Shown: positions 14,284-27,538, counted from the first letter of the whole stretch. The stretch: DNA of 52,305 nucleotides, filler included, from Squatina squatina (GCA_031763465.1; 3 parts of 3 records of this genome joined end to end with filler, not necessarily neighbours in it); one strand, 5' to 3'. The notes: generated by a model not told the origin, from the sequence alone. A program made the numbers and translations.

Positions 14284-16373
14284 GTTATACAACCTGTCCG
14301 TTATACACCCGTCCGTTATACACTCTGTCCATTGTACACCCTGTCCTTTATACACCCGCCCGTTATACACCCTGTCCGTTATACACCCGACCGTATACAC
14401 CCCGCCCGTTATACAACCCGCCCATTATACACCCTGTCCGTTATACACCCTGTATGTTACACACCTTGTCCGTTATGCACCGGCCCGTTATACACTCTGT
14501 CCATTATACACCCTGTCCGTTATACACCCTGTATGTTACACACCTTGTCCTTTATACACCCGCCCGTTATACACCCTGTCCGTAATACACCCGTCCGTTA
14601 TACACTCTGTCCATTACACACCCTGTCCGTTATACACCCGCCCGTTATACAAACTGTCCGTTATACACCCTGCCTGTTATAAACCCTGTCCGTTATACAC
14701 CCCGTCCGTTATACACCCCGCCCATTATACACCCCGTCTGTTATACACCCCACCCGATACACACCCCGTCTGCTATGCAGCCCGTCTGTTATACACTCTG
14801 CCCGATATGTACCCTGTCCGTTATACACCGCGTCTGTTATACACCGCGTCCGTCATACACCCCGCCCATTATACACCCAGTCCGTTATACACCCCGCGCG
14901 TTGTACACCCGTCCGTTATACATCCCGCCCGTTATACACCCTGTCCATTTTACACCCGCCCGTTATACACCCTGTCTGTTATACACCGCGTCCGTCATAC
15001 ACCCCGCCGATTATACAACCAGTCCGTTATACACCCCGCCCGTTATACACCCATCCGTTATACACCCTGTCCATTCTACACCCGCCCGTTATACACCCTG
15101 CCCGTTATACACAGCGTCCGTTTTACACCTCGTCTGTTATACACCCTGCCCGTTATACACCCCGTCCTATATACACACCGCCCGTTATACACCCCGTCTG
15201 TTATACACCCCACCCGATACACACCCCGTCTGTTATACAGCCTGTCTGTTATACACCCTGTCTGTTATACACCCGCCCGTTATACACCCTGTCCGTTATG
15301 CACCCTGCCTGCTGTACACCCTCTCTGTTATACACCCCGTCCGTTATCCAACCTGTCCGTTACACACCCTTCCTTTATACACCCTGTCCCTTCTACACCC
15401 TGTCCGTTATACACCCACCCATTATACAAACTGTCCGTTATACACCCTGCCCGTTATACACCCGTCCGTGATACACCCTGTCCATCATACACCCGCCCGG
15501 TATACACCCCGCTCGTTATACAACCTGTCCGTTATACACCCGTCCGTTATACACTCTGTCCATTGTACACCCTGTCCTTTATACACCCGCCTGTTATACA
15601 CCCCGCCCATTATACAACCCGCCCATTATACACCCTGCCTGTTATAAACCCTGTCCGTTATACACCCCGCCCGTTATACACCCCGCCCGTTATACACCCA
15701 GTCCGTTATACACCCCGCCCGTTATACACCCGTCCGTTATACACCCTGTCCATTGTACACCCGCCCGTTATACACCCTGCCTGTTATACACCGCGTCCGT
15801 TATACACCCCGTCTTTTATACACCCTGCCCGTTATACACCCCGTCCGTTATACACCCCGTTCGTTATACACCCCGTCTGTTATACACCCCACCCAATACA
15901 CACCCCGTCTGTTATACAGCCTGTCTGTTATACACCCGCCCGTTATACACCCTGTCCGTTATGCACCCCGCCTGTTGTACGCCCTGTCCGTTATACACCC
16001 TGTCTGTTATACACCCCGCTCGTTATACACCCTGTCTGTTATACACCCTGTCCGTTATACACCGCGTCTGTTGTACACCGTCTGTTGCACACCCGCCCGT
16101 TATACACCCGCCCGTTATACACCCCGCCCGTTATACACCCTGTCCTTTATACATCCTGTCTGTTATACACCCCGCCCGTTATACACCATGTCCCTTATAC
16201 ACCCCGTCCGTTATACACCCCATCTGTTATACACCCTGTCCTTTATACACCCCGTCTGTTATACACCCCGCTCGTTATACACCCTGTCCTTATACACCCC
16301 GTCTGTTATACACCCTGTCCTTTATACACCCCGTCTGTTATACATCCTGTCCGTTATACACCCCGCTCGTTAT
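14284..16373. repeat. Minisatellite, 15-16 bp unit (consensus about GTTATACACCCYGYCC), roughly 130 copies, gap-bounded on both sides
   Basis: Continuous repeats of ttatacaccc(t/c)g(t/c)c(c/t)g; produces the spurious YTP/VIHP-rich ORFs. Confidence 0.97.
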
Positions 16374-17109
16374 NNNNNNNNNNNNNNNNNNNNNNNNNNN
16401 NNNNNNNNNNNNNNNNNNNNNNNNNNNNNNNNNNNNNNNNNNNNNNNNNNNNNNNNNNNNNNNNNNNNNNNNNTGACAGTTCCTTCATGTGGCTTGACAT
16501 AAAAATAGTGATGCTGATAGTGTTTCCAGCTACCTGTCTCATTCAATAGTAAATATGCATGTCATCAGACTGCTTAGCCAGCTAGTGGAGAACTGTTAGC
16601 ATTAATCGATCTTTTGCTCAGGAGAGCCAGACTGTCCACCACCTTGGCATCTCCAGACTGTGATGGATTTGAAGACAAAGTCAATATTGACAGTTGCAGC
16701 ACAGTGTGAAATTTTCGATGACAAGGCCGTCAGCTAAAACTATAGAAAGGCATCCTGTAAAATGCACCATCTGAAAATGACTGTGGGAAACAAAGCAATT
16801 AGAATGACTGATGAACTCATCTCCCAGTGAGGTAATGCCTGAGTAAAACAGTTGATTCTTTATACAGCCCTTTTGGGTTGAGGCGAATTTTCTAAAGTAA
16901 ACATTCCTCCTTCAATTGTGTACTGCTCCTTCATTTGATAAGTTAGAGGACTTAACAAATTACATAGGCCTGAAAGTAAAGATCAGAGGATACTGAAGAT
17001 AATCAGGAAGGGCATTTTTGGGAGTTGGCTACTATCACAGAAGAATTACGAAGTGAAAGTAGAATCAGGCAAACACAATACCTCAATTTAAAAAGGAAAA
17101 TAAACTTAT

Positions 17110-17370
17110 CCCAGAGGGTGATTTCAAATCTCACCATGTAAATTGTGAAATTAAATTCAATATAGACCCAGAAAAAATGGACATGAAAGTTGTTGTTTTG
17201 ATGCAAAAAGCCAACCGGTTCACTAATTTCTTCTCGGAAAGGGAAACTGCCACCCATAGCTGCTCTGGCCTATAACGTGATAGACTCATTACGCTCAGGG
17301 CAACTAGGGATCGACAATAAAATTTGTCTTTCCAGAGTCACCCATATCCCAAGAACAAATTAAAAAAATA
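17110..17370 (+). mobile_element. Degenerate copy of the second SINE family
   Basis: ggttcactaat...cagggcaactagggatcgacaataaa...cccatatcccaagaacaaattaaaaaa. Confidence 0.6.
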
Positions 17371-17649
17371 TAAGCAGCATGTTGAAAAAGTGCCTGTAAA
17401 AGAACAGCAATTTTACTTTAGTATAAAAGGGAAACAATCTGACAATCCTTCAAAACTTCTTTGAGAATGTTACAGAAAAAATAGAGAGTGGCACACCTCC
17501 GAAAAAGTTTATTTAGATTTCCCTTCCTGAGGGGGCCCAATTGGACAGCNNNNNNNNNNNNNNNNNNNNNNNNNNNNNNNNNNNNNNNNNNNNNNNNNNN
17601 NNNNNNNNNNNNNNNNNNNNNNNNNNNNNNNNNNNNNNNNNNNNNNNNN

Positions 17650-18090
17650 CTGCATTAGGGAGAAGGGGCCACCGCTACACTACTGTAGGCAGCAGCCTGG
17701 CGCTGAAACGGAGTGCTGGACTGCAATATTGCGGCACGGAACCCGTGATTTGAAGATGGCAAGGCTGCAACCGGTAAGTCGGCCATTTTTAATAATGTCA
17801 GCGCCACACTTCCCCTTTAATTGTCACCCCACGAGCGGCCTAAAGTCCAGTGTGCACTCCGGGGTGAAAACGGGTCACTGTGCATGGTGATGGTGTCATC
17901 ATCGCTGGTGCAGCGGCCTGGAGAACTACCGGCAGGAGCAGGGCATTACCGGTTAGCGCCGCTACTAAACTCCCCTGGAATTTCGCAGGAATTGGTATCG
18001 ACGCCATGCCCGGGCAAAAAGCTATTTGCGCCCCTTTAGGGCCCCCCGGGGGCACTAACGGGAGGCGCAAAGTACCCGAATTTCTTCCCC
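17650..18090. mobile_element. CpG-rich repeat fragment ending in a TIR-like GAATTTCTTCCCC
   Basis: Sharp GC/CpG-rich block truncated by a gap, with a terminus of the same class as the other GGG...AATT elements. Confidence 0.45.
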
Positions 18091-21000
18091 AATCTTTCCC
18101 TAAATAAATTAGTTCCGAGCTACAACATCATTTATAGGGTTTCCTCTCAAGAATATAGGAAGTCAGTGCTTTCTTCAGCAGCATACCTACTAACGTTTAT
18201 ACAATACTTAGAATATTACCATGGTCTCTATGAAAGGATGATATGCGCATTTGTGACATCTTTAATAGGTCTTCCTTCATTGTTCTGTATTCTAATATAA
18301 CTGAAAACATTTTTTAAAAACAATCAGAAACTTGTGGAAAATCAAATTGTAAACCGCATTAGCCTTTCTTAAGTGTATCCTTTCTTATTTAAAAATTGCT
18401 CACATTAATTTACACCTGCCTGCATCTGACCCATCAATCTTCACAGGTTCATTTCTGCAGTGAGTCAATGCTAGTATTTCCATGTAGCATTTAAGTTAAT
18501 TATTCTCTGACATGTAATGAAAAAGTCCAGCAGTTATAGTTTATAATTAAAGTGCTTCTGGACATGCTCTTGAATAGTAATTACGTCTGACTGACTGCTA
18601 GAGACATTCTGCAANNNNNNNNNNNNNNNNNNNNNNNNNNNNNNNNNNNNNNNNNNNNNNNNNNNNNNNNNNNNNNNNNNNNNNNNNNNNNNNNNNNNNN
18701 NNNNNNNNNNNNNNCAAGTTGTGTATGGATATTTGACTCCCAACTACTTCGGGCAGTAGCTCCGTGCCGCCTAAATCATTGCCCATTCACAAGCAGGCCT
18801 CGGGCACAAAATAAGCGCTATTTTGCTTTTCAAAGTTTGGAACATCCCAATTCCCAACTAAAGACAGGAGCAAAGTTTGCCCCCGTGATGTGGAGACCAA
18901 GGAAACCAGAAACATCACCTTAGTCCACTCTCATTCACCTCCTGACAACTGGGTACAGATTGATATCAGCAGAGCCCTGAGGACATATCACACGCTCACT
19001 CATTTGGCCACCAAGTGATATATGGTTCAGGAGAACTCCAAAAAAAGAGTGAATGAAAGAATATAAATCAACAAGATACAACTTTTAACATGCACAGTAG
19101 CAGAATTTTAACCAGCTCTAAATTTTGAAATGTAATACTTGTCATGTACTGGTAATCGCTGTGCTGTGACCTTATTCCAAAAAATATTTTTTAATATGAT
19201 GTAGCACTGGTGAGACAATGTTGAGCTGTATTAATGGAATGTGACTATTGTTAAATAACACCAATGCTCCCAGAAATACATAACTCTTGTTTAAAGTTTA
19301 GTGTCACTGAAAATCACAATCATTGTAAAAATGCTAGCCATGGTTTCTAGGATCCTTTTTTCCATAATTTTATCCCAGGTGCATAATAAATGATTAATCT
19401 ATTTCTTTACTTATCTTTTTAAGTAATATTTTATCTGCTTTCATTTGCAAGCTTCTTATGGCTGTACAATATCAAAGCTGAAGCTGCATATTTGCGAGAA
19501 TGCTAATACGATATTTTGTGATATGATTATTGTGTAAATAGGTAAGCTAATCAATATTACAAGGCACACTACACAGAACAGAGAACTATTCAAACCTCAT
19601 GGTTCACAGGTCCTCAACCATCTCGTATAGAGCATCTAACTTGTGATTGGGCAGTATAATTTATTCATGCCGTGACCGTTTTATGTAAATCAAGTGAGCT
19701 ACTTAAATAGTTTGCAAGGTCAGAGTCACGTTAGTAATTTCAGTTTGATTATATTACAGACCTGCAAGCCTGAGACTGTGAATCTTAAATATGTATTGTG
19801 GCCAAATGGTAAGTGTCCNNNNNNNNNNNNNNNNNNNNNNNNNNNNNNNNNNNNNNNNNNNNNNNNNNNNNNNNNNNNNNNNNNNNNNNNNNNNNNNNNN
19901 NNNNNNNNNNNNNNNNNNGAATCTATGTAAATCTCCTTAGTGTGGCACTAATTTACCTGCCTTGAGAAGAGCTGATAAAATCGCATTCCCCAACAAGGTA
20001 AGCATTAGTCAGACACGTATCATCTGTGCTGCCAAGCTACTCTAGCACAGTATTGTTTTCAAGAATTAGATCACCTGTTTTGGGTAACTGTTGTTTAGTG
20101 CAAATATCTGTTTACCACAATTTAATGCTGCTTGGGAATCCACTCTGAGCAAACTGGTACTTAGGGGAAATTTTATCCCCAAAAAATGGGTGGGTTGGGG
20201 TTGGGTGGGAGATTAAATAGTTAAAAAACTGAATCCCGACCCTAACCCACTCACTTCTGGATTTAACGGAGAAGGGATGGGGGATGAGCAGCCAACCCAT
20301 TCCTAGGAGGCGTTTGCACATTTATATATTGAGGCTCTTATCCTCATGGTGTTCAACCATCTCAAATTTAACTCTCTGGCTAGCCAGGTTTCCTCCGGCC
20401 TCACCCCTCCAGCACTGACCATCCTCCCTCTCCCAGTCTCCCCCTCCAGCCCTGATCCTCCTCTGACCCCGATCCTCCAGCCCCAATCCTACTCCGGCCC
20501 CGATCCTCCTCCGGCCTGTGAACTGCTCCCACCCCAATCCTTCCCTCCCTTCTCTCAGCAGCCTGGTGCCGCAGGCTTACCTGCCCCACATCCAGCCAGC
20601 CTCTCCAGGATGATGCCAGGAATGAGAAATTATTATTATGAGGACAAACTTGAGATATCGGACTATTTCCACTTCAGCGGAGAAGTTTAAGATACTGCCC
20701 AATCTACTGAGTGTCTGTAGCGTTTTCTGTTTTTATTAAAGTGGTTGGACCTAATTTTGACTTTGGAAATGAAATGAAGTGCATACCCCCATTCCTTGTT
20801 TTTTTTTCTCCCATAATGGAATTGAAAATCGAGAGCAATGTATAACGGGTGGCTGATCCGATATCACCCATTTTACAGTATCGCCAAAGTTTAAAATTAT
20901 CCCTGTTACTTTTAGTCAGTATTGTAAGTGATTGAGCCCAGCAGATATAGCATATCTCTTAACATGTCACCACTGGTGCAGTCAACACAGTGCAACAGCA

Positions 21001-21970
21001 TTGTTTCTGGAGCAGATTATTCCAGATTGCTTACTTTTGCAAACTGTAAACTTGGTCATGTCCATCTTTTAATGCATAGTGAAGATGCAATTCTAAGTGT
21101 CAATGAAAATCATTTTCTGAACAAGCTGAAAATACAATGACTAAATTCCCAAAGTAATCCTTCATTAATAATATAGCATAAAAAGATCAAATTTCCATTC
21201 ATGCACACTGGAACTGTGGGTATTGATTCTTTTATTTAAATTAATGTAAAATCAACCACCCTCTGAGGCAAATGAAAGGAATTATACATTGTTATCGCGA
21301 TTTCTTTTATACATGGAAAGGTTTTTTAAAATTTAGTTTTGAAACCTCAAACACAAAATATATTATATCAAGGACACCAATCAGTCAACCAACATTACAG
21401 GAGCTTTAAATTTTATTACTGGAAGAAAAAATGCAATGAAATTGCGTTAGGTGTTGTTTTGTTTCCACTATCATTAATCACACCTATCCTGACAAGACTC
21501 ACCTATAAACTAGCTGATTTCAATTCAACTGAGCAATGCTGTTAGTTGTTTTTCTTAAACTTTTATTCTCTTTTATTCTTTATTATTAATGTGTTGATAC
21601 TTTTCTAATGAAATACTAACAATTGGTAATCACATCTTTGACCATCTAGATCTCGCAAATGCAATTTACTTGACAAAGCGACAAGCATTTCTCAACAGCT
21701 AAATTTGTCTTTCAAGACAAGCAATATCATCTTAAGTTGTTTTGAATTCTTCAAATTAATTAAAATGAGATTGCAAGATCAACATCTGGATAATGAAATG
21801 TGATTTTCTGCAAAATGAAAGATTGAATTGCTCAAGCTTCATGTAACAGAGTCATAAGGTGAATTGTGCACCACCTTACTGCTCAGTAACAGCATGCGAC
21901 CAGAAGATCCTGGTAACAATAGTGTCTAACCTTGAACCCAAAGCGGCAGCTCAGATTTCTAAAAATAACA

Positions 21971-22070
21971 NNNNNNNNNNNNNNNNNNNNNNNNNNNNNN
22001 NNNNNNNNNNNNNNTTAATTAATTAANNNNNNNNNNNNNNNNNNNNNNNNNNNNNNNNNNNNNNNNNNNN
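21971..22070. other. Artificial scaffold-joining spacer (N44-TTAATTAATTAA-N44)
   Basis: Exactly 44 N + TTAATTAATTAA (22015-22026, stops in all six frames) + 44 N; gene content changes across it. Confidence 0.97.
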
Positions 22071-22445
22071 AAAGTCTTTAGACAAGCTGCAGAGGCATTT
22101 CAATCCTTTAGTAGCATTTATAATCACTGAAATAGCAGAAGAACAAGAGATTAAGCAGTGACTGAGAAAAATGTAGGGAAAATGTAGGCCTGCCTGTGGT
22201 GAATGCCTGACATGCCTCTTGAAACCTAGCAGTTATTATAAATTTTGAATTTATGCTATCACATCGTATTTTCTCTTTACTCCCTTTTTACACATTTGTT
22301 TTTCTTTGCGATAAAAATAAGTGGACTTAAACATCTCAATTAAAGGGCCAGATTGTCAATGCGTTTCATAAAGGCAATCTTTGCAGCAGCTGCTAAGTAT
22401 TTTTGGGCAGTACGAGGTCCCATCTGTTATGAAAGATGGACTTAC

Positions 22446-22679
22446 CTTACAGTTACACTGTCCACTGTATTCTGCACATGAACATGTTCCCACTTCATCA
22501 CAGGTTTGACTCTCTGTCCCTGCCAGACCACAGTCACAGTGCCTGCACTGTGGATAAGCCCAGTAACCTGCTCTGCATTGGTTGCATTTTTCCCCCGTGA
22601 ACTCTGGATGGCAGAAGCAGCAGCCTGTCACATCATCACACTGAAGGTTTAAAGATCCCACAGTAGTACAGTTACAGGG
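22446..22679 (-). CDS. LAMA2: Laminin alpha-2 exon (LE modules; homologue of human exon 23)
   Basis: poly-T tag|CCC...AAG|gtaagt, 234 bp; PCNCTTVGSLNLQCDDVTGCCFCHPEFTGEKCNQCRAGYWAYPQCRHCDCGLAGTESQTCDEVGTCSCAEYSGQCNCK is closer to recalled LAMA2 (ACNCSTVGSLDFQC...CHPKFSG...GHWNYPRC) than to LAMA1. Confidence 0.93.
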
Positions 22680-22829
22680 CTAAAAAAAAAACAAGAGAAG
22701 GCAATAAAAGAAATACACCTTTGCAAAATGTTGACCAAATGCTTACCATGTTTAACGTCTAAAACATCATGCAATCCTCAGCTAAGAATGAAACAAAAGA
22801 ATCAATCCAAAACAGCTGTTAAACTCATT

Positions 22830-23284
22830 GGCCACAATTTTCCTTACCAAGGAGATGTCGGTGGCGGGTCATGACCCCGCTCTGGTCTCTATCCTGGCCT
22901 CTGACATAACTTTCCATTGATTGGGCTTGTTAAGCTCACCCAGCAGGTTTCCCGGCCAATTGAAGGAAGCGAGTCTGATGACGTCATTTCATGATGCGTT
23001 ATCAACTGGTTTCCTTAAAGGGACCATGCACAAAGTTATTTGGACAGTTGTGGTGTCAGTGTTCTACAACACTGAAGTGCTGCAAACACTGACAAACACT
23101 GCACAGAGGTGAACTGCTGCATCCAGGCACTTCCATGGCTCCCTCCAAATGCTTATGGAGGGAGTCACAGCACACAGGGAGGTCCTCCTTCCTTCTCATG
23201 GGCAGAAGAGACCGCCCCAGGAGATCAACACAGCCTGGTTGCGCATTGCACAGGACGGCACACGCAGGGATGTGGTCAGGAGGA
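22830..23284 (+). mobile_element. Harbinger-type element fragment with Myb/SANT-like remnant, in LAMA2 intron
   Basis: LQMLMEGVTAHREVLLPSHGQKRPPQEINTAWLRIAQDGTRRDVVRR resembles the same Myb/SANT family; truncated by a gap. Confidence 0.6.
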
Positions 23285-23858
23285 NNNNNNNNNNNNNNNN
23301 NNNNNNNNNNNNNNNNNNNNNNNNNNNNNNNNNNNNNNNNNNNNNNNNNNNNNNNNNNNNNNNNNNNNNNNNNNNNNNNNNNNNAACAGGCAGATACAGA
23401 ATAAATATTCCATCTCTTGTGCCCAATCATGTGCCTTAACCTAATTTCAGAACACAATGCCCTACAGCATCAGAATAACAATTTATAACTGCCACAGTAT
23501 TTATTTAATACAAACAGTATTTATTTATCCTGGCAGCTTGGGTGTGCTACAAATCTGTGCCAAATTCTGGGCAGTTTTATGCTGGGCCCTTTGCCCATTA
23601 GACATTTAGCTAAGCCTGTCCAAATTTGTTTAATACAGTATCTTATAATCAGCAAAAGATAGAAAACTTTCACTGCATCATTCTGGATTGGATTCAAATC
23701 CAGATCTAAAATCTTTAACATTATATAACTCTATAAAAATGTGCAATGATATTTCAAAAATGTGACACACGTTTCTCAAAAGGGAAAGCAATCATTTTCC
23801 TTAATCCACACAATAATTATAAAGGAAGACACAGCACACAGGCAAAATGCACTTTTAC

Positions 23859-24140
23859 CCCTCTGGCAGAGGGTGTGGCAGGCTTGTATGCACCACGTGG
23901 ACAGCCGCCAATACCAGTTGCCCACCACTGTCGATGTTGGCTCTGAAGAGGTTTTGCCATCTGTGAATCCTTATGGTACTGCTGTTCATAGAGCTGCCTG
24001 CTGAGATCACAGCGTTTCCCCAAGAAGCCTGGCTTACAGATACAGTTCCCTGTTTTGTCACACCGAAGTGACATGGAACCGATGGGACTGCACTGACATG
24101 ACATACAGACCTTCTTTTCATGATCCCACCAGCAGTTAGG
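23859..24140 (-). CDS. LAMA2: Non-canonical laminin alpha-2 cassette exon (atypical LE module with insertion)
   Basis: gtaaag|CCT...GGG|gtaaaa, 282 bp, phase 0/0, open; PNCWWDHEKKVCMSCQCSPIGSMSLRCDKTGNCICKPGFLGKRCDLSRQLYEQQYHKDSQMAKPLQSQHRQWWATGIGGCPRGAYKPATPSARG. LE-type Cys spacing, same strand and between other LAMA2 exons. The donor position is less certain than the acceptor. Confidence 0.8.
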
Positions 24141-27100
24141 CTTTACAGTCCACAGAACAGAATATCAAAAAAAAAACACAAAAATCACGCTCAGTTTTCA
24201 GTTGGGAAATGATTCAAGTAGAAATCTGGCAATGGGAATACAACCAACCTGTATCGGGAAGCCTTTCCATGTTTCTCGCAAGTCATAAAACCAGGGTTTC
24301 TAAAAACAGAGAGAAACAGCAATTCGCATTAAAAAGGAAGAATTTGTAAGCATCAGGGGTGTGGGTGGGTGGGAGGCAGGCAAGGGAAAGAAATGGTTGA
24401 GTTGGGTGTAATAGGCCCCGTTACCAGGGTAACCGGGGCCTGCAACAGACTCTCGCCCTGAATCCCTGGGTTCCGTGTGCAAACAGAGGGGGCCAGTGTT
24501 CCGTGCAGCTCGATCTTGGCCCGGGCCATCAGATAACAAACGCACTTGGCTGGCATTCAGGGACTGTGAGTACACCACGTACTTATTAATGCAGCCGATC
24601 TGTTTAAAAGCAAAAAGTCACAGGGTGCGAGGGCGGCCATTTTAACAAAGGCCGTGTCCTCGGCCTCGGCCCCCCCCCCCTCATTAGTCTTTCGGCTCGC
24701 AAACGACAAAACTGTTAGGCGTTGGNNNNNNNNNNNNNNNNNNNNNNNNNNNNNNNNNNNNNNNNNNNNNNNNNNNNNNNNNNNNNNNNNNNNNNNNNNN
24801 NNNNNNNNNNNNNNNNNNNNNNNNNTTGCTTTTTATCATGGTGAAGTTCGGCCAGCGAGATTATGCAGCAGTAGGCAAAATTATTTTGAATAGGTCACTC
24901 AGGTTTTTTATGCAGCAATGGAGATGCTGATTGAACAAGTTAATAGCAGGAAGGAGGGAGGTGCTCTTTCCCTCTGGCGGGAGACAAGTGTGAAGTCAAC
25001 AGGCATGGAAAGAGGTGGCAAAAGATGTGCTGCTCAAAAGGAATCTGTATTTTTAATTTGCTGCTGGCACCTCGGTAAATAGTTTCAGACTTTTTGAGCT
25101 TCACAGTGGGTGGAATATAACCTCAGTTGTGGAAAGCCAGATTTTAGAAGTGCCATTGCACTGAACTTGCACAGGTTAAGATTGAAGTAGTTGAAAAGTG
25201 ATGATCATGACTCATTTGTTGAGCAAAGGCCTTCTCATTCCAGGGAGGCCTGTAGAAGCCATTGATAACATAACTACGGTGGTGGCCTATATATGTGAGT
25301 CTAGAAGTCAGGCTGTTATGGTTGGAGACAAATGGTGGCCTGTGGTGTCTAATGCAGTCATTTCTACCTGCTATTTATGACACTGCACCTTTAGTGGTAC
25401 TGGGCAAAAAGCACCTCTTTAGGTACAACTCCATTCAGTTGAAGCTATTAATACTCCCTGGTTAATATTACAGTGCTAACACCGTACTTGCATGAAAGAT
25501 TCGGTCGCAGAGCTGTAATATAAATGTGCCACCTCTAATTAGTTTTTTTAATCTGTATGTAAAACAAATGACTAGAACAAAATGCGAAAAATTAACAGTT
25601 GAGGTATGAGGGCCTCAGTATATCAAAGTAGTGCCCAGTTTCCATTCAATTACAAGATACTAGTACATGCTGTTAGTCCTTTAAATATTTTTCTCCTGGT
25701 AGATCATGTATGTTAAACTGCCAGGGCCATGCATCATACTTACTGAATTAACTACTGGCTAAAATGGACAGAAAAGATAGTTTCAACAGAATGATGACTA
25801 TCATGTGCTTTGAACAATTAGAGAATTTATACAATACAGTAAATGTGCACAATGCAAAATCTATTTCCCCACACTTCTGTCCCCATACATCAACCTGGAT
25901 ACATGTTTTGGCTTATTTACGTTATAGGTGTTCTCACTGCAAACAGCAAGTTATTCCTCTTTATACTCTCATTTGACATTGTAGCTGGACAGTTTTCAGC
26001 TTTCTTTTTTTAATACTTAAAATGTTATATTCTAGGTGGTCGTTATAAGGTTTTCAAAACAGTTAAAAAGAAATAACCTGCATTTACACCTTATTATGTC
26101 CTCAAGATGTCCCAAAGCATTTTATAACCAATTAATAACGTTTGAAATGCATTTATTGTTGTTATATCGGCAAATACGTGAAGGGTTTATCTTAAACTAT
26201 GGCAACTATATTTAAGCAAAAGTCATTGTGAACAACTGGAAGATGCAGTACCATGTATGAATCGTTGCTTGCTCTGGTGCTGCCAAGTTTTTTCCTGTAA
26301 GTCTGAAAGTTCTAACTCGTTTACTCAAAGAGAAGTATGGCATGTTGGAAGCAAAGTTACAACTGACTTCTGCGCATTCAGACTTATTTTATCTCTATTC
26401 TAATACCATGGATTTCTTCCAGCTTATGTCTGCTACACTTGACAGAGTAATATAATCAAAAGGAGACATGGGGCAATTTTCATTGCGTTTTTAATGTTCA
26501 TATTGCTACTATAATTAAAAATATAATAAAGGCAGTTTCTTTCAAACAGCTGTGGATCCTGCTGAGATTTGAATACAATAGAATTCTAGACAGTAAAAGT
26601 GTAGAAAAAGGACAGAAAATGAGCAATTTGGTTGCTGGTGTTTGGTTTCTTTTGTGGACTTTTTTTTGCAATTGACAGCTCTTTGAATTTTCCAACAATA
26701 GAGGGACTGGCACGTACACTAATGCNNNNNNNNNNATAGCTTTGAAAACATAACCTCAAACAATAGTGAAAGAACACATGAATGCTGCTCCATGTATTAA
26801 AGCATACTGATTTATCAGTATACAATAATACAAAAGAGAAAAGAGTGGTGGCATACTTTACTTTCAATTTTTAATTCTCCTGGACCACAGGCAATTTTTC
26901 ACATCTCGGTGTAAGCTCATTAATAGCCAGCCCAGATCCTGCATGTTTTGATGCTGAAAGATCACTACAGAGATTGGCCTAGTTGTGTCAACTTGTTGAG
27001 GGCAGCATTGTCATTCGAATGTGGCAGACAGATAGACCGGGGCTACAGAATCCACATGCTCAGCATGCCTTGGACTTGGCCCAAGCTTTATTAGCAGTAT

Positions 27101-27538
27101 TTTTTCTACAATCTCATAAAACACTTTCATACAAATATCATGCCAATTATTCTTTGAAGTTCTTTGGATCCTTCTCCAGTTAATAAGAAGTCAATTTTCA
27201 ATTGCCTACAGTCATTTAACTCCAAAGAAATTTAATGTATATAAAGTGATTTTAGAAAGTGCTTGAGACACATGATAAGGTGCATTGTTATAATTCTTAT
27301 TCTTTTATTTTTAAACTAAAAAATTACAACTGGATCTGGGAGGCATTGCAAAACAGGTAAGTAGTTCAAACTGAATACAGTCCCCACCACTTATAGCATT
27401 GGTGTCAATGAGATTTGCTCACTATATGCGGTAGCTGGNNNNNNNNNNNNNNNNNNNNNNNNNNNNNNNNNNNNNNNNNNNNNNNNNNNNNNNNNNNNNN
27501 NNNNNNNNNNNNNNNNNNNNNNNNNNNNNNNNNNNNNN

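Noticed and set aside
14099-16549. 816-aa ORF and overlapping long ORFs
   Set aside because: Translation of a minisatellite bridged by N gaps; all three plus frames give the same repeating peptides.
17650-18090. CpG-island-like blocks (also 24400-24725, 33750-34024, 37594-37986)
   Set aside because: Sharp boundaries, several with TIR-like termini, point to young repeats rather than promoters.
20346-20690. 114-aa proline-rich ORF
   Set aside because: Low-complexity C-rich repeat interior joined to a CR1-like fragment; no splice or domain support.
22015-22026. TTAATTAATTAA palindrome (also 35492-35503)
   Set aside because: Artificial spacer centred in exactly 100 bp; not biological. Linkage between scaffolds A, B and C must not be inferred.
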